Source of the DNA: Orbicella franksi | Lineage: Eukaryota | Assembly (NCBI GenBank): GCA_964199315.1 | Contig: OZ116699.1 | Span: 38,192,001-38,256,000 of the forward strand | Direction: 5' to 3' | Length of the DNA stretch: 64,000 bases | Part shown: one piece after another, positions 12,601 to 27,600 of the stretch | How the letters are laid out: every line of letters begins with the position of its first letter | Numbering within the stretch: position 1 is the stretch's first letter | Made by a program: the position numbers and the translations under genes | Notes under the pieces: generated by a model | The model's input: only the letters and a program-made list of their open reading frames with translations | What the model was told of the DNA's origin: nothing | Database searches by the model: none

Positions 12601-15600
12601 TGCATTTTAAAGGTCACTTGAGGGTAAATCACTTCAGGAGATCATTCCACCCGAATTAAAATGAATCGGAAGGGGCCATTTTGTTTATCCTTTATCCCTT
12701 TGAAAATAATGTATTCGAGTTTGTAAATATCAAGTTTTAATTGCTCTTTTAATTGAACAAAATAATTAGTAACATAAATTAGTTTAACAGGGTCAGTGAT
12801 TTATATATGGCGTACATTACCGTTTTGTCAGTAAATAATCATTTTTTTCTTATTTTTAGCCTTTGGTTGCAGCTTCGATACATCCATGTGCGGATTTGTT
12901 CAGGATAGCAATGATAAGTTTGACTGGACACGACGTAAAGGAAGTACTCCGTCTAGAGCTACGGGACCATCCGTTGACCACACTACTGGAAATGGTATGA
13001 AAAGGTTTCCTTGATTGCATCTTCTTCCTTTACTTCTTTTAAATAAACGAGAGTGATGTCATTTATTGTAACGGGGAAGTTTTATACCCAAAGGAGAGGA
13101 TCTAAAACTGAATCGATTGAGGTTATAGAAATACCGTTTTAACAAAGGTCATGTAATTTTAGATCATAAATAAGGTAGGATAATCTTTCAAACTCAACAG
13201 AGTTCAAAAAGCTTCTTTCTCATTGGTAATATAACAATAAGTTATTGAAGTTGACACATTGGGTTTGCAGCAAAACGAAAATTGAAGAAGAAATTCCAGT
13301 CCTTTACTACCTACATATTTTAATTGTAACAAATTAAGCGTTGACTACTTGACTTAATCAGTATAGATATGCATTTGGCACGAGTGCACAACTGAAGGGC
13401 ATGAAAGGCTAAATAATCTACATCACGTTTTAATGAAGTTGTAAATAATTCCCCTTTGCCTATCCCTACAGGATACTACATGTACATTGAAACATCAAGC
13501 CCTCGACAGCAAGGTGACAATGCAAAACTAAACAGCCCCAAGCTGCAATTCAGCGGGAGCATGTGTCTGAAGTTCTACTACCATATGTATGGTGCAGACA
13601 TTGCGACGCTAAATGTCATAATTAATGGGAACAACGTGTTCAGCGCAAGTGGGAATAAAGGCAACAAGTGGCTAGGAGCGGCTATTGATGTCAGTTTATC
13701 AGGAAAGCATGCGGTAAGAGATATCATCATTCGTTTTGGAGGGTGCATCGTTTATTCCAATTGTAACGACTTTGCGTCGTCTTTTATGGTACTCGAGGTC
13801 AGCGACAGCACATGGTGCTTTTTCTTTGTTTTTGAGAACAACACATTCAAAAAATTCACCGTACGCTTTCGGGTAGTCAGAAAAGAGATAGTGAGTTCAA
13901 TGTATAATAATATGAATTATTGTCATTTCATCAACTCCCATGCCATCCGTTACCCTAGCCAGATAAACGATTGTGATATTTTGTTAACTTTAATTGGCTA
14001 TTGGCGTGCAATTGTTTAGTTAGCATCGTGCTCCTACTCAGATATTTTTGTTGTCACTTTAAATGCTTATCTTGATCTCTTATAATGGTTGAAGGTTACA
14101 TTTGAAGGAATACGGGGCAGTGATTACCAGGGTGACATCGCAATAGACGACTTTTTGTTGGAACAAGGGTCGTGTCCTTCAAGTGAGTAACTAAAAGTGC
14201 AACTGATATAGAGCCTTTCACAAAATGCTCTCAATTATATATTGTTATCTAAGTATTAATATTACGGTCTAGAAACTATTCTCGTTATTGAGTTGATAAC
14301 TAAAAAGAATTTTCCTTCTCAATCGAATTTAGTCAGGTTAATTTAAATGTATACAATATAATTTTTCCTTAGGCAACCATTGTTTTTAAAATGGTCTATA
14401 CAAGAAACTGATTGATGCATAAAATTGCTGACACTTTTACGTTAGATTCATGATCCAAGGGGCAAAGCAATTTAGAGTTGAGTGAATTGAAACATGCATG
14501 TGGCATGGATACTTCTGCTATATCCATGAATGAATTTTAAAGGTCACCTGAGAGTAAATCAGTGCGGGAGATCTTTCCACCCGAATTAAAATGAATCAAA
14601 ACGGGCCATTTTTTTTTATCTTTTATCCCCTTGAATGTAATGTATCTGCGTTTGTAAATATCAAGTTCAGATCGCCCTTTTAATTAAACCAAATAATTAG
14701 CAACAAAAATTAGTTCAACAGGGTTAGTGATTTATATATGGCGTACATTACCGTTTTGTCATTAAATAATTATTTTTTTCATATTTTTAGCCTTTGTTTG
14801 TAGCTTCGATACATCCATGTGCGGATTTGTTCAGAATAGCAATGATAAGTTTGACTGGACACGACGTAAAGGAAGTACTCCGTCTAGAGCTACGGGACCA
14901 TCCGTTGACCACACTACTGGAAATGGTATGAAAAGGCTCCTTGATTGCATCTTCTTCCTTTACTTTTTTTTGACAAAAGAGAGTGATGTCATTTATTGTA
15001 ACGGGGAAGTTTTTTACCCAAAGGAGAGGATCTAAAACTGAATCGATTGAGGTTATAGAAATACCGTTATAACAAACGTCATGTGATTTTAGATCATAAA
15101 TAAGGTAGGATAATCGTTCAAACTCAATAGAGTTCAAAAAGCTTCTTTCTCATTGGTAATATAACAATAAGTTATTGAAGTTGACACAATGGGTTTGCAG
15201 CAACACAAAAATTGAAGAAAAATTCCAGTCCTTTGCTTCCTACATACTTTAATTGTAACAAGTTAAGCGTTGACTTAATCAGTATAGCTATGCATTGGCA
15301 CGAGTGCACAACTGAAGGGCATAAAAGGCTAAATAGCCTTCATCACCTTTGAATGAAGTTGTAAATAATTCCCCTTTGCCTATCTCTACAGGATACTACA
15401 TGTACATTGAAACATCAAGTCCTCGACAGCAAGGTGACAATGCAAAACTAAACAGCCCCAGGCTGCAATTCAGCGGGAGCATGTGTCTGCAGTTCTACTA
15501 CCATATGTATGGTGCAGACATTGCGACGCTAAATGTCATAATTAATGGGAACAACGTGTTCACCGCAAGTGGGAATAAAGGCAACAAGTGGCTAGGAGCG

Positions 15601-18600
15601 GCTATTGATGTCAGTTTATCAGGAAAGCATGCGGTAAGAGATATCATCATTCGTTTTGGAGGGTGCATCGTGTATTCCAATTGTAACGAGCTTTGCGTCG
15701 TCTTTTATGGTACTCGAGGTCAGCAACAGCACATGGTGCTTTTTCTTTGTTTTTGAGAACAACACATTCAAAAAATTCACTGTACGCTTTCGGGTAGTCA
15801 GGAAAGAGATAGTGAGTTCAATGTATAATAATATGAATTATTGTCATTTCATCAACTCCCATGCCATCCGTTACCCTAGCCAGATAAACGATTTTGATAT
15901 TTTGTTAACTTTAATTGGCTATTGGCGTGCAATTGTTTAGTTAGCATCGTGCTCCTACTCAGATATTTTTGTTGTCACTTTAAATGCTTATCTTCATCTC
16001 TTGTAATGGTTGTAGGTTACATTTGAAGGAATACGGGGCAGTGATTACCAGGGTGACATCGCAATAGACGACGTTTTGTTGGAACAAGGGTCGTGTCCTT
16101 CAAGTGAGTAACTAAAAGTGCAACTGATATAGAGCCTTTCACAAAATGCTCTCAATTATATATTGTTATCTAAGTATTAATATTAGTCTAGAAACTATTC
16201 TCGTTATTGAGTTGATAACTAAAAAGAATTTTCCTTCTCAATCGAGTTTAGTCAGGTTAATTTAAATGTATACAATATAATTTTTCCTTAGGCAACCATT
16301 GTTTTTAAAATGGTCTATACAAGAAACGGATTGATGCATAAAATTGCTGACACTTTTGCGTTAGATTCATGATCCAAGGGGCAAAGCAATTTAGAGTTGA
16401 GTGAATTGAAACATGCATGTGGCATGAATACTTCTGCTATATCCATGAATGAATTTTAAAGGTCACCCGAGAGTAAATCAGTGCGGGAGATCTTTCCACC
16501 CGAATTAAAATGAATCAAAACGGGCCATTTTTTTTTTATCTTTTGTCCCCTTGAATGTAATGTATCTGCGTTTGTAAATATCAAGTTCAGATCGCCCTTT
16601 TAATTAAACCAAATAATTAGCAACAAAAATTAGTTCAACAGGGTTAGTGATTTATATATGGCGTACATTACCGTTTTGTCATTAAATAATTATTTTTTTC
16701 ATATTTTTAGCCTTTGTTTGCAGCTTCGATACATCCATGTGCGGATTTGTTCAGAATAGCAATGATAAGTTTGACTGGACACGACGTAAAGGAAGTACTC
16801 CGTCTGGAGCCACGGGACCATCCGTTGACCACACTACTGGAAATGGTATGAAAAGGCTCCTTGATTGCATCTTCTTCCTTTACTTTTTTTTGAAAAAAGA
16901 GAGTGATATCATTTATTGTAACGGGGAAGTTTTTTACCCAAAGGAGAGGATCTAAAACTGAATCGATTGAGGTTATAGAAATACCGTTATAACAAACGTC
17001 ATGTGATTTTAGATCATAAATAAGGTAGGATAATCGTTCAAACTCAATAGAGTTCAAAAAGGTTCTTTCTCATTGGTAATATAACAATAAGTGATTGAAG
17101 TTGACACATTGGGTTTGCAGCAACACAAAAATTGAAGAAAAATTCCAGTCCTTTACTTCCTACATACTTTAATTGTAACAAGTTAAGCGTTGACTTAATC
17201 AGTATAGCTATGCATTGGCACGAGTGCACGACTGAAGGGCATAAAAGGCTAAATAGCCTTCATCACCTTTGAATGAAGTTGTAAATAATTCCCCTTTGCC
17301 TATCCCTACAGGATACTACATGTACATTGAAACATCAAGTCCTCGACAGCAAGGTGACAATGCAAAACTAAACAGCCCCAAGCTGCAATTCAGCGGGAGC
17401 ATGTGTCTGCAGTTCTACTACCATATGTATGGTGCAGACATTGCGACGCTAAATGTCATAATTAATGGGAACAACGTGTTCAGCGCAAGTGGGAATAAAG
17501 GCAACAAGTGGCTAGGAGCGGCTATTGATGTCAGTTTATCAGGAAAGCATGCGGTAAGAGATATCATCATTCGTTTTGTGGGGTGCATCGTGTATTCCAA
17601 TTGTAACGAGCTTTGCGTCGTCTTTTATGGTACTCGAGGTCAGCAACAGCACATGGTGCTTTTTCTTTGTTTTTGAGAACAACACATTCAAAAAATTCAC
17701 CGTACGCTTTCGGGTAGTCAGAAAAGAGATAGTGAGTTCAATGTATAATTATATGAATTATTGTCATTTCATCAACTCCCATGCCATCCGTTACCCTAGC
17801 CAGATAAACGATTGTGATATTTTGTTAACTTTAATTGGCTATTGGCGTGCAATTGTTTAGTTAGCATCGTGCTCCTACTCAGATATTTTTGTTGTCACTT
17901 TAAATGCTTATCTTCATCTCTTGTAATGGTTGTAGGTTACATTTGAAGGAATACGGGGCAGTGATTACCAGGGTGACATCGCAATAGACGACTTTTTGTT
18001 GGAACAAGGGTCTTGTCCTTCAAGTGAGTAGATAAAAGGGCAACTGGGATAGAGCCTTTCACAAAATGCTCTCAATTACAGATCGGTATCTAAGTATTAA
18101 TATTAGTCTAGAGACTATTCTTGTTATTGAGTTGACAGTTAAAAGGAATTTTTCTTTCTCAAACGAGTTTAGTGCAGCTAATTTAAATGTATACATTATA
18201 ACTTTTCCTTAGGCAACCATCATTTTTAATATGGTCTATAAAAGAAACTGATTGATGCATGAAATTGCTGACACTTTTGCGTTAGATTCATGATCCAAGA
18301 GGCAAAGCAATTTAGAGTTGAGTGAATTGAAACATGCATGTGGCATGGATACTTCTGTTATATGCATGAATGAATTTTAAAGGTCACCTGAGGGTAAATC
18401 AGTTCAGGAGATCTTTCCACCCGAATTAAAATGAATCAAAACGGGCCATTTGTTCATCCTTTATCTCTTTGAATATAATGTATTCGAATTTGTAAATATC
18501 AAGTTTTAATCGCTCTTTTAATTGAACAAAGTAATTAGTAACATAAATTAGTTCAACAGGGTCAGTGATTTATATATGGCGTACAGTACCGTTTTGTCAT

Positions 18601-21600
18601 TAAATAATTATTTTTTTCATATTTTTAGCCTTTGGTTGCAGCTTCGATACATCCATGTGCGGATTTGTTCAGGATAGCAATGATAAGTTTGACTGGACAC
18701 GACGTAAAGGAAGTACTCCGTCTGGAGCCACGGGACCATCCGTTGACCACACTACTGGAAATGGTATGAAAAGGTTCCTTGATTACATCTTCTTCGTTTA
18801 CTTCTTTTAAAAGAAGAGAGTGATGTCACTTATTGTAACGGGGAAATTTTATACCCAAAGGAGAGGATCTAAAACTGAATCGATTGAGGTTATAGAAATA
18901 TTGTTATAACAACGGTCGTGTGATTTTAGATCATAAATAAGGTAGGATAATCTTTCAAACTCAATAGAGTTCAAAAAGCTTCTTTCTCATTGGTAATATA
19001 ACAATAAGTTATTGAAGTTGACACATTGAGTTTGCAGCAACACGAAAATTGAAGAAGAAATTCCAGTCTTTTACTACCTACATACCTTAATTGTAACAAA
19101 TTAAGCGTTGACTACTTGACTCAATGAGTATAGATATGCATTGGCACGACTGCACAACTGAAGGGCATAAAAGGCTAAATAGCCTTCATCGCGTTTAAAT
19201 GAAGTTGTAAATAATTCCCCTTTGCCTATCCCTACAGGATACTATATGTACATTGAAACATCAAGTCCTCGACAGCAAGGTGACAATGCAAAACTAAACA
19301 GCCCCAAGCTGCAATTCAGCGGGAGCATGTGTCTGAAGTTCTACTACCATATGTATGGTGCAGACATTGCGACGCTAAATGTCATAATTAATGGGAACAA
19401 CGTGTTCAGCGTAAGTGGGAATAAAGGCAACAAGTGGCTAGGAGCGGCTATTGACGTCAGTTTATCAGGAAAGCATGCGGTAAGAGATATTATCATGCCT
19501 TTTGGTGGGTGCATCGTTTATTTCAATTGTAACAACCTTGCGTCGTCTTTTATGGTACTCGAGGTCAGCGACAGCACATGGTGCTTTTTCTTTGTTTATG
19601 AGAACGATACATTTGCATAATCATAGCAATACTTACATGCACGACTCAAGCCTGTATGTCGTTAGATTATACCTACAATTTACATTCGTTTGCAACGTTA
19701 TTTACTATGAAATTTTGCTAGTTGTAAAACTAAACATTTTTTTCAGGTCTTACGTTTATGTACCTCCGTTTAGATAAATAATAAACAATTAGTGGATGAG
19801 GTTTTTGTGATATCCAGAATAATCAAGGTCTCGGTGCGGGTTATCGGCCGAAGCCGAAGGGTGAGGCTGATAACCCCCTTACCGAGACCTTGATTATTCT
19901 GGATATCACAAAAACCTCATCCAATAATTGTTTCAATAAACACTGAACGGAAAAAAATGGAATTCATGTTTTTGCTTCTTCACTGTCGGGAAGTAACACA
20001 AAGCGCGCGAATTTGACAAGATTACTCTTCGAATTCATGCACGGCGGTCATACATGACATGACTACCCTTAACCTTAAGTGTCCTTGACATAATTATTGT
20101 ATAATCTGCAGTTAAGACGTCACAGGCGCTGATTTCGAAAATTCACTGTACACTTTCGGCCAGTCGGAAAACAGATAGTGAGTTGAATGTATAATAATAT
20201 GAATTATTGTCATTTCATCAAGTCAACTCCCATGGCATCCGTTACCCTAGCCGGATAAACTATTTTCATATTTTGTTTACTTTAATTGGTTATTAGCGTG
20301 CAATTGTTTAGCTAGCATCGGGCTCCTACTCAGATGTTTTTTGTTGTCACTTTAAATGCTTATCTTCATCTCTTCATCTCTTGTAATGGTTGTAGGTTAC
20401 ATTTGAAGGAATACGGGGCAGTGATTACCAGGGTGACATCGCAATAGACGACTTTTTGTTGGAACCAGGGTCTTGTCCTTCAAGTGAGTAAATAAAAGTG
20501 CAACTGATATAGAGCCTTTCACAAAATGCTCTCAATTATAGATTGTTATCTAATAGCGGAGCTCCGGCGGCCCCAAGGGCCGCCAAGCGGAGCCCCATAC
20601 TCATATAGGAAAGAAAAAGAAACCCATGAGTTGTTTTTCTCATGGTTATCATGGCTAGCGGTATTGCTCGTGGGCGCGAGCGCACGACGGCGACGACGGC
20701 GACAGAGTTGCCCAACATGGTGGCCATACTCCAAATAATAGGTTGACAGACATGCAGCCTTGGTTTACCGAGTACTTGCTTAATATTGGACATCCATGTT
20801 ATGATCAATTGACACCTCTCAAAACAAGGTATCTGCTGACCAAGTGCTGGTTATCGATTGGATCTATGTTTTTTGCTGTTTTGTTTTGTGTAGAGGGTGA
20901 TTATTAAAACTCAAAACAGAAGGCCAAACAATATACAGAAAACCTCACCGCAAAGTTACAAAACTTAAATCAAAATTCTACCTTTTTCTGGGTTAGCTTA
21001 ATCGGGCTTTGAACAACCCGGCCCAGAAGCTACGCTTTTAGGCTGGCCTCAATCTATGTATAAGATTTTTATCTCAGTATTAATATTAGTCTAGAGACTA
21101 TTCTCGTTATTAAGCATGAGTTCATAGTTAAAACAAAATTTCCTTCTCTAACGCGTTTAGTCAGAGTATATTAACTGTATACAGTATCATTTTTTACTAG
21201 GCAACCAGTTTTTTAAAATGGTCTGTACAAGATGCATAAAATTGCTGATACTTTTGTGTTTGAAACATGATCCGAGGGGCAAAGCACTTCAGAGTTGAGT
21301 GAATTGAAACATGCATGTGGCATGAATACTTCTGCTATATCCATAAATGCATTTTAAAGATCACCTGAGAGTAAATCAGTTCGGGAGATCTTTCTACCCG
21401 AGTTAAAATGAATCAAAACGGGCCATTTGTTCATCTTTTATCCCTTTGAATATAATGTATCCGCGTTCGTAAATATCAAGTTTTAATCGCCCTTTCAATT
21501 GAACAAAATAATTAGCAACAAAAATTAGTTCAACAGCGTCAGTGATTTATATATAGCGTACATTACCCTTTTGCAATTGTCATGAAATAATTTTTTTTCT

Positions 21601-24600
21601 TATCTTTAGCCTTTGGTTGCAACTTCGATACATCCATGTGCGGATTTGCTCAGGATAGCAATGATAAGTTTGACTGGACACGACATCAGGGAAGCACTTC
21701 GTCTAGTGGCACTGGACCATCCTCTGACCACACCACTGGAAATGGTATGAAAAGGTTTCCTTGATTGCATTTTCTTCCTATACTTTTTGTGAAACTGGAA
21801 AGTGATCTTATTTATTCTTACAGTGAAATTTTATACCAAAAGGAGAGGATATAAAAATGAATAGATTAAAGTTATAGAAATAATGTTTTAACAAAGGTCA
21901 TTTAGTTTTACATCATAAATAAGGTGGGATGGTCTTTTAAGTGTAATAGAGTTTAAAACTGGTTCTTTATCATTAGTAATATAAACACTACAATTTATGC
22001 TAGGTGGCAAATTTGGTACACAGCAACACGAAAATGGTAGAAGAAATACTAATTTTCTACCTAGATTGTCGAATTGTGAGTAGTTGAGTGTTGACTACTT
22101 GCCTTAGACAATATACATATGCAATGGCATGACTGCACAACTGAAGGGTATGAAAGGCTAATTTGTTAATCCGACTCAGTACGTTTTTCTGAGTGTATGA
22201 AAATTAAAATCTAGTCAGGAAGGGCCCCTGGAAAAGTCTTGACTGTTTAATGAAATCGAAGATAATTCCCTCTTGCCTACCTCTACAGGATACTACATGT
22301 ACATTGAAACATCAAGCCCTCGACAGCAAGGTGACAATGCAAAACTAACCAGCCCCAAGCTGCAATTCACCGGGAGCATGTGTCTGCAGTTCTACTACCA
22401 CATGTATGGTACAGACATTGCGAAGCTAAATGTCATAATTAATGGGAACAACGTGTTCACCGCAAGTGGGAATAAAGGCAACAAGTGGCTGAGAGCGGCG
22501 ATTGATGTCAGTTTATCAGGAAGGCGTGCGGTAAGAGATATTATCATGCCTTTTGGAGGGTGCATCGTTTATTCCAATTGTAACGACTTTGCATCGTTTT
22601 TAATGGTACTCCAAATATGCCACAACACATGGTGCTTTTCCTTTGTTTTTGAGAACAATACATTTATTTAATCATAGTAATACCTACCTGCATGACTCAA
22701 GCGTATATGTCATTAAATTATACCTCCAATTTACATTCCTTGGCAACGTTATTTACTATAAAACACATTTTCCCAGTTGTAAAACTAGATATTTTCGTTT
22801 TAGGTCTTACGTTTATGTACCTCCGTTTAGATAAATGATATGAATTACTGTCGTATTTCATCAACTCCCATGGCATCCGTTAGCCTAGTGGGATAAGTGA
22901 TTTTCATATTTTGTTAACTTTAATTGGCTATTGGCGTGCAATTGTTTAGGTAGCATCGTGCTCCTACTCAGATATTTTTGTTGTCACTTTAAATGCTTAT
23001 CTTGATCTCTTGCAATGGTTGTAGGTTACATTTGAAGGAATACGGGGCAGTGCTTACCAGGGTGACATCGCAATAGACGACTTTTTGTTGGAACCAGGGT
23101 CTTGTCCTTCAAGTGAGTAGATAAAACTGCAATGTAGAGCCTTTCTCAAAATGCTCTCAATTTTACATTCTTTTCTTAGTATTACAATTAGCCAAGAGAC
23201 TATTCTCGGTATTGAGTTGATAATGCAAATTAATTTTCCTTCTCTAACAAGTTTAGTCAGATTAATTTAATTGTATACAATATAATTTTTTATTAGGCAA
23301 CCAGTTTTTTAAAATGGTTAATACAAAAAACTGATTGATGCATAAAATTGCTGATACTTTTGTGTTTGAAACATGATCCTAGGGGCAAAGCAATTTAGAG
23401 TTGAATGAATTGAAACATGCATGTGGCATTGATACTTCTGCTATATCCATAAATGCCTTTTAAAGGTCACCTGAGAGGAAATCAGTTAGGGAGATTAAAA
23501 TGAATTAAAATGAATCAAAACGGGCCATTTGTTCATCCTTTATCCCTTTGAATATAATGTATCCGCGTTCGCAAATATCAAGTTTTAATCGCCCTTTCAA
23601 TTGAACAAAATAATTAGCAACAAAAATTAGTTCAACAGCGTCAGTGATTTATATATAGCGTACATTACCTTTTTCTTATGAAATAATTATTTTTCTTATT
23701 TTTAGCCTTTGGCTGCAACTTCGATACATCCATGTGCGGATTTGTTCAGGATGGCAATGATAGGTTTGACTGGACACGACATCAGGGAAGCACTTCGTCT
23801 AGTGGCACTGGACCATCCTCTGACCACACCACTGGAAATGGTATGAAAAGGTTTCCTTGATTGCGTCTTCTTCCTATCATTTTGGTGAAAGTGGAAAGTG
23901 ATCTTATTTATTCTGCAGTGAAATTTTATACCAAAAGGAGAGGATATAAGAGTGAATAGATTAAAGTTATAGAAATAATGTTTTAACAAAGGTCATTTAG
24001 TTTTACATCATAAATGAGGTAGGATGATCTTTTAAGTTTAATAGAGTTTAAAACTGGTTCTTTATCATTAGTAATATAAACACTGTAATTTATGCTAGGT
24101 GGCAAATTTGGAATACAGCAACACAAAAATGGGAGGAGAAATACTAGTAATTTTCTACTTAGATTATCGAATTGTGAGTAGTTGAGTGTTGACTACTTGC
24201 CTTAATCAGTATAGATATGCAATGGCATGACTGCACAACTGAAGGGGATGAAAGGCTAATTCGTTAATCTGACTCAGCACGTTTTTCTGAGTATATGAAA
24301 ATTAAAATCTGGTCTGGAAGGGCCCCTGAAAAAGTCTCGACTGTTTAATGAAATTGAAGATAATTCCCTCTTGCCTACCTCTACAGGATACTACATGTAC
24401 ATCGAAACATCAAGCCCTCGACAGCAAGGTGACAATGCAAAACTAAACAGCCCCAAGCTGCAATTCAGCGGGAGCATGTGTCTGCAGTTCTACTACCACA
24501 TGTATGGTGCAGACATTGCGACGCTAAATGTCATAATTAATGGGAACAACGTGTTCACCGCAAGTGGGAACAAAGGCAACAAGTGGCTGAGAGCGGCTAT

Positions 24601-27600
24601 TGATGTCAGTTTATCAGGAAAGCATGCGGTAAGACATATTATCATTCGTTTTGGAGGGTGCATCGTTTATTCCAATTGTAAGGACTTTGCGTCGTTTTTC
24701 ATGGTACTCCAAATATGCCACAACACATGGTGCTTTTCCTTTGTTTTTGAGAACAATACATTTATTTAATCATAGCACTACCTACGTACATGCAAGACTT
24801 AAGCGTACATATCATTAAATTATAGCTACAATTTACATTCTTTTGCAACGTTATTTACTATAAAACACATTTTCCCAGTTGTAAAACTAGACATTTTTGT
24901 TTTAGGTCTTACGTTTATGTACCTCCGTTTAGATAAATAATATGAATTACTGTCGTATTCCATCAACTCCCATGGCATCCGTTAGCCTAGTGGGATAAGT
25001 GATTTTCATATTTTGTTAACTTTAATTGGCTATTGGCGTGCAATTGTTTAGGTAGCATCGTGCTCCTACTCAGATATTTTTGTTGTCACTTTAAATGCTT
25101 ATCTTGATCTCTTGCAATGGTTGTAGGTTACGTTTGAAGGAATACGGGGCAGCAATTACCAGGGTGACATCGCAGTAGACGACTTTTTGTTGGAACCAGG
25201 GTCTTGTCCTTCAAGTGAGTAGATAAAACTGCAATGTAGAGCCTTTCTCAAAATGCTCAATTTTACATTCTTTCCTTAGTATTACAAATAACCTAGAGAC
25301 TATTCTCGGTATTGAGTTGATAATACAAAAGTATTTTCTTTCTCTAACAAGTTTAGTCAGATTAATTTAACTGTATACAACATAATCTTTTATTAGGCAA
25401 CCAGTTTTTTTAAAATGGTCTGTACAAGAAATTGATTGAAGCATAAAATTTCTGATACTTTTGTGTTTGAAACATGATCCGAGGGGCAAAGCACTTCAGA
25501 GTTGAGTGAATTGAAACATGCATGTGGCATGGTTATTTCTGCTATATCCATAAATGCATTTTAAAGATCACCTGAGAGTAAATCAGTTCGGGAGATCTTT
25601 CTACCCGAATTAAAATGAATGAAAACGGGCCATTTGTTCATCTTTTATCCCTTTGAATATAATGTATCCGCGTTCGTAAATATCAAGTTTTAATCGCCCT
25701 TTCAATTGAACAAAATAATTAGCAACAAAAATTAGTTCAACAGCGTCAGTGATTTATATATAGCGTACATTACCCTTTTGCAATTGTCATGAAATAATTT
25801 TTTTTCTTATCTTTAGCCTTTGGTTGCAACTTCGATACATCCATGTGCGGATTTGCTCAGGATAGCAATGATAAGTTTGACTGGACACGACATCAGGGAA
25901 GCACTTCGTCTAGTGGCACTGGACCATCCTCTGACCACACCACCGGAAATGGTATGAAAAGGTTTCCTGATTGCATTTTCTTCCTATACTTTTTGTGAAA
26001 CTGGAAAGTGATCTTATTTATTCTTACAGTGAAATTTTATACCAAAAGGAGAGGATATAAAAATGAATAGATTAAAGTTATAGAAATAATGTTTTAACAA
26101 AGGTCATTTAGTTTTACATCATAAATGAGGTGGGATGGTCTTTTAAGTGTAATAGAGTTTAAAACTGGTTCTTTATCATTAGTAATATAAACACTACAAT
26201 TTATGCTAGGTGGCACATTTGGTATACAGCAACACGAAAATGGTAGAAGAAATACTAATTTTCTACCTAGATTGCCGAATTGTGAGTAGTTGAGTGTTGA
26301 CTACTTGCCTTAGACAATATACATATGCAATGGCATGACTGCACAACTGAAGGGTATGAAAGGCTAATTTGTTAATCCGACTCAGTAAGTTTTTCTGAGT
26401 GTATGAAAATTAAAATCTAGTCTGGAAGGGCTCCTGGAAAAGTCTTGACTGTTTAATGAAATCGAAGATAATTCCCTCTTGCCTACCTCTACAGGATACT
26501 ACATGTACATTGAAACATCAAGCCCTCGACAGCAAGGTGACAATGCAAAACTAACCAGCCCCAAGCTGCAATTCACCGGGAGCATGTGTCTGCAGTTCTA
26601 CTACCACATGTATGGTACAGACATTGCGAAGCTAAATGTCATAGTTAATGGGAACAACGTGTTCACCGCAAGTGGGAATAAAGGCAACAAGTGGCTGAGA
26701 GCGGCGATTGATGTCAGTTTATCAGGAAGGCGTGCGGTAAGAGATATTATCATGCCTTTTGGAGGGTGCATCGTTTATTCCAATTGTAACGACTTTGCGT
26801 CGTTTTTAATGGTACTCCAAATATGCCACAACACATGGTGCTTTTCCTTTGTTTTTGAGAACAATACATTTATTTAATCATAGTAATACCTACCTGCATG
26901 ACTCAAGCGTATATGCCATTAAATTATACCTCCAATTTACATTCCTTGGCAACGTTATTTACTATAAAACACATTTTCCCAGTTGTAAAACTAGACATTT
27001 TTGTTTTAGGTCTTACGTTTATGTACCTCCGTTTAGATAAATGATATGAATTACTGTCGTATTTCATCAACTCCCATGGCATCCGCTAGCCTAGTGGGAT
27101 AAGTGATTTTCATATTTTGTTAACTTTAATTGGCTATTGGCGTGCAATTGTTTAGGTAGCATCGTGCTCCTACTCAGATATTTTTGTTGTCACTTTAAAT
27201 GCTTATCTTGATCTCTTGCAATGGTTGTAGGTTACATTTGAAGGAATACGGGGCAGTGCTTACCAGGGTGACATCGCAATAGACGACTTTTTGTTGGAAC
27301 CAGGGTCTTGTCCTTCAAGTGAGTAGATAAAACTGCAATGTAGAGCCTTTCTCAAAATGCTCTCAATTTTACATTCTTTTCTTAGTATTACAATTAGCCA
27401 AGAGACTATTCTCGGTATTGAGTTGATAATGCAAATTAATTTTCCTTCTCTAACAAGTTTAGTCAGATTAATTTAATTGTATACAATATAATTTTTTATA
27501 AGGCAACCAGTTTTTTAAAATGGTTAATACAAAAAACTGATTGATGCATAAAATTGCTGATACTTTTGTGTTTGAAACATGATCCTAGGGGCAAAGCAAT

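Noticed and set aside
14085-14095. Exon C2 acceptor change GTAG to GAAG as a disabling mutation
   Set aside because: The AG is intact, and AAG acceptors are used by protease exons 1 and 2 of both genes.
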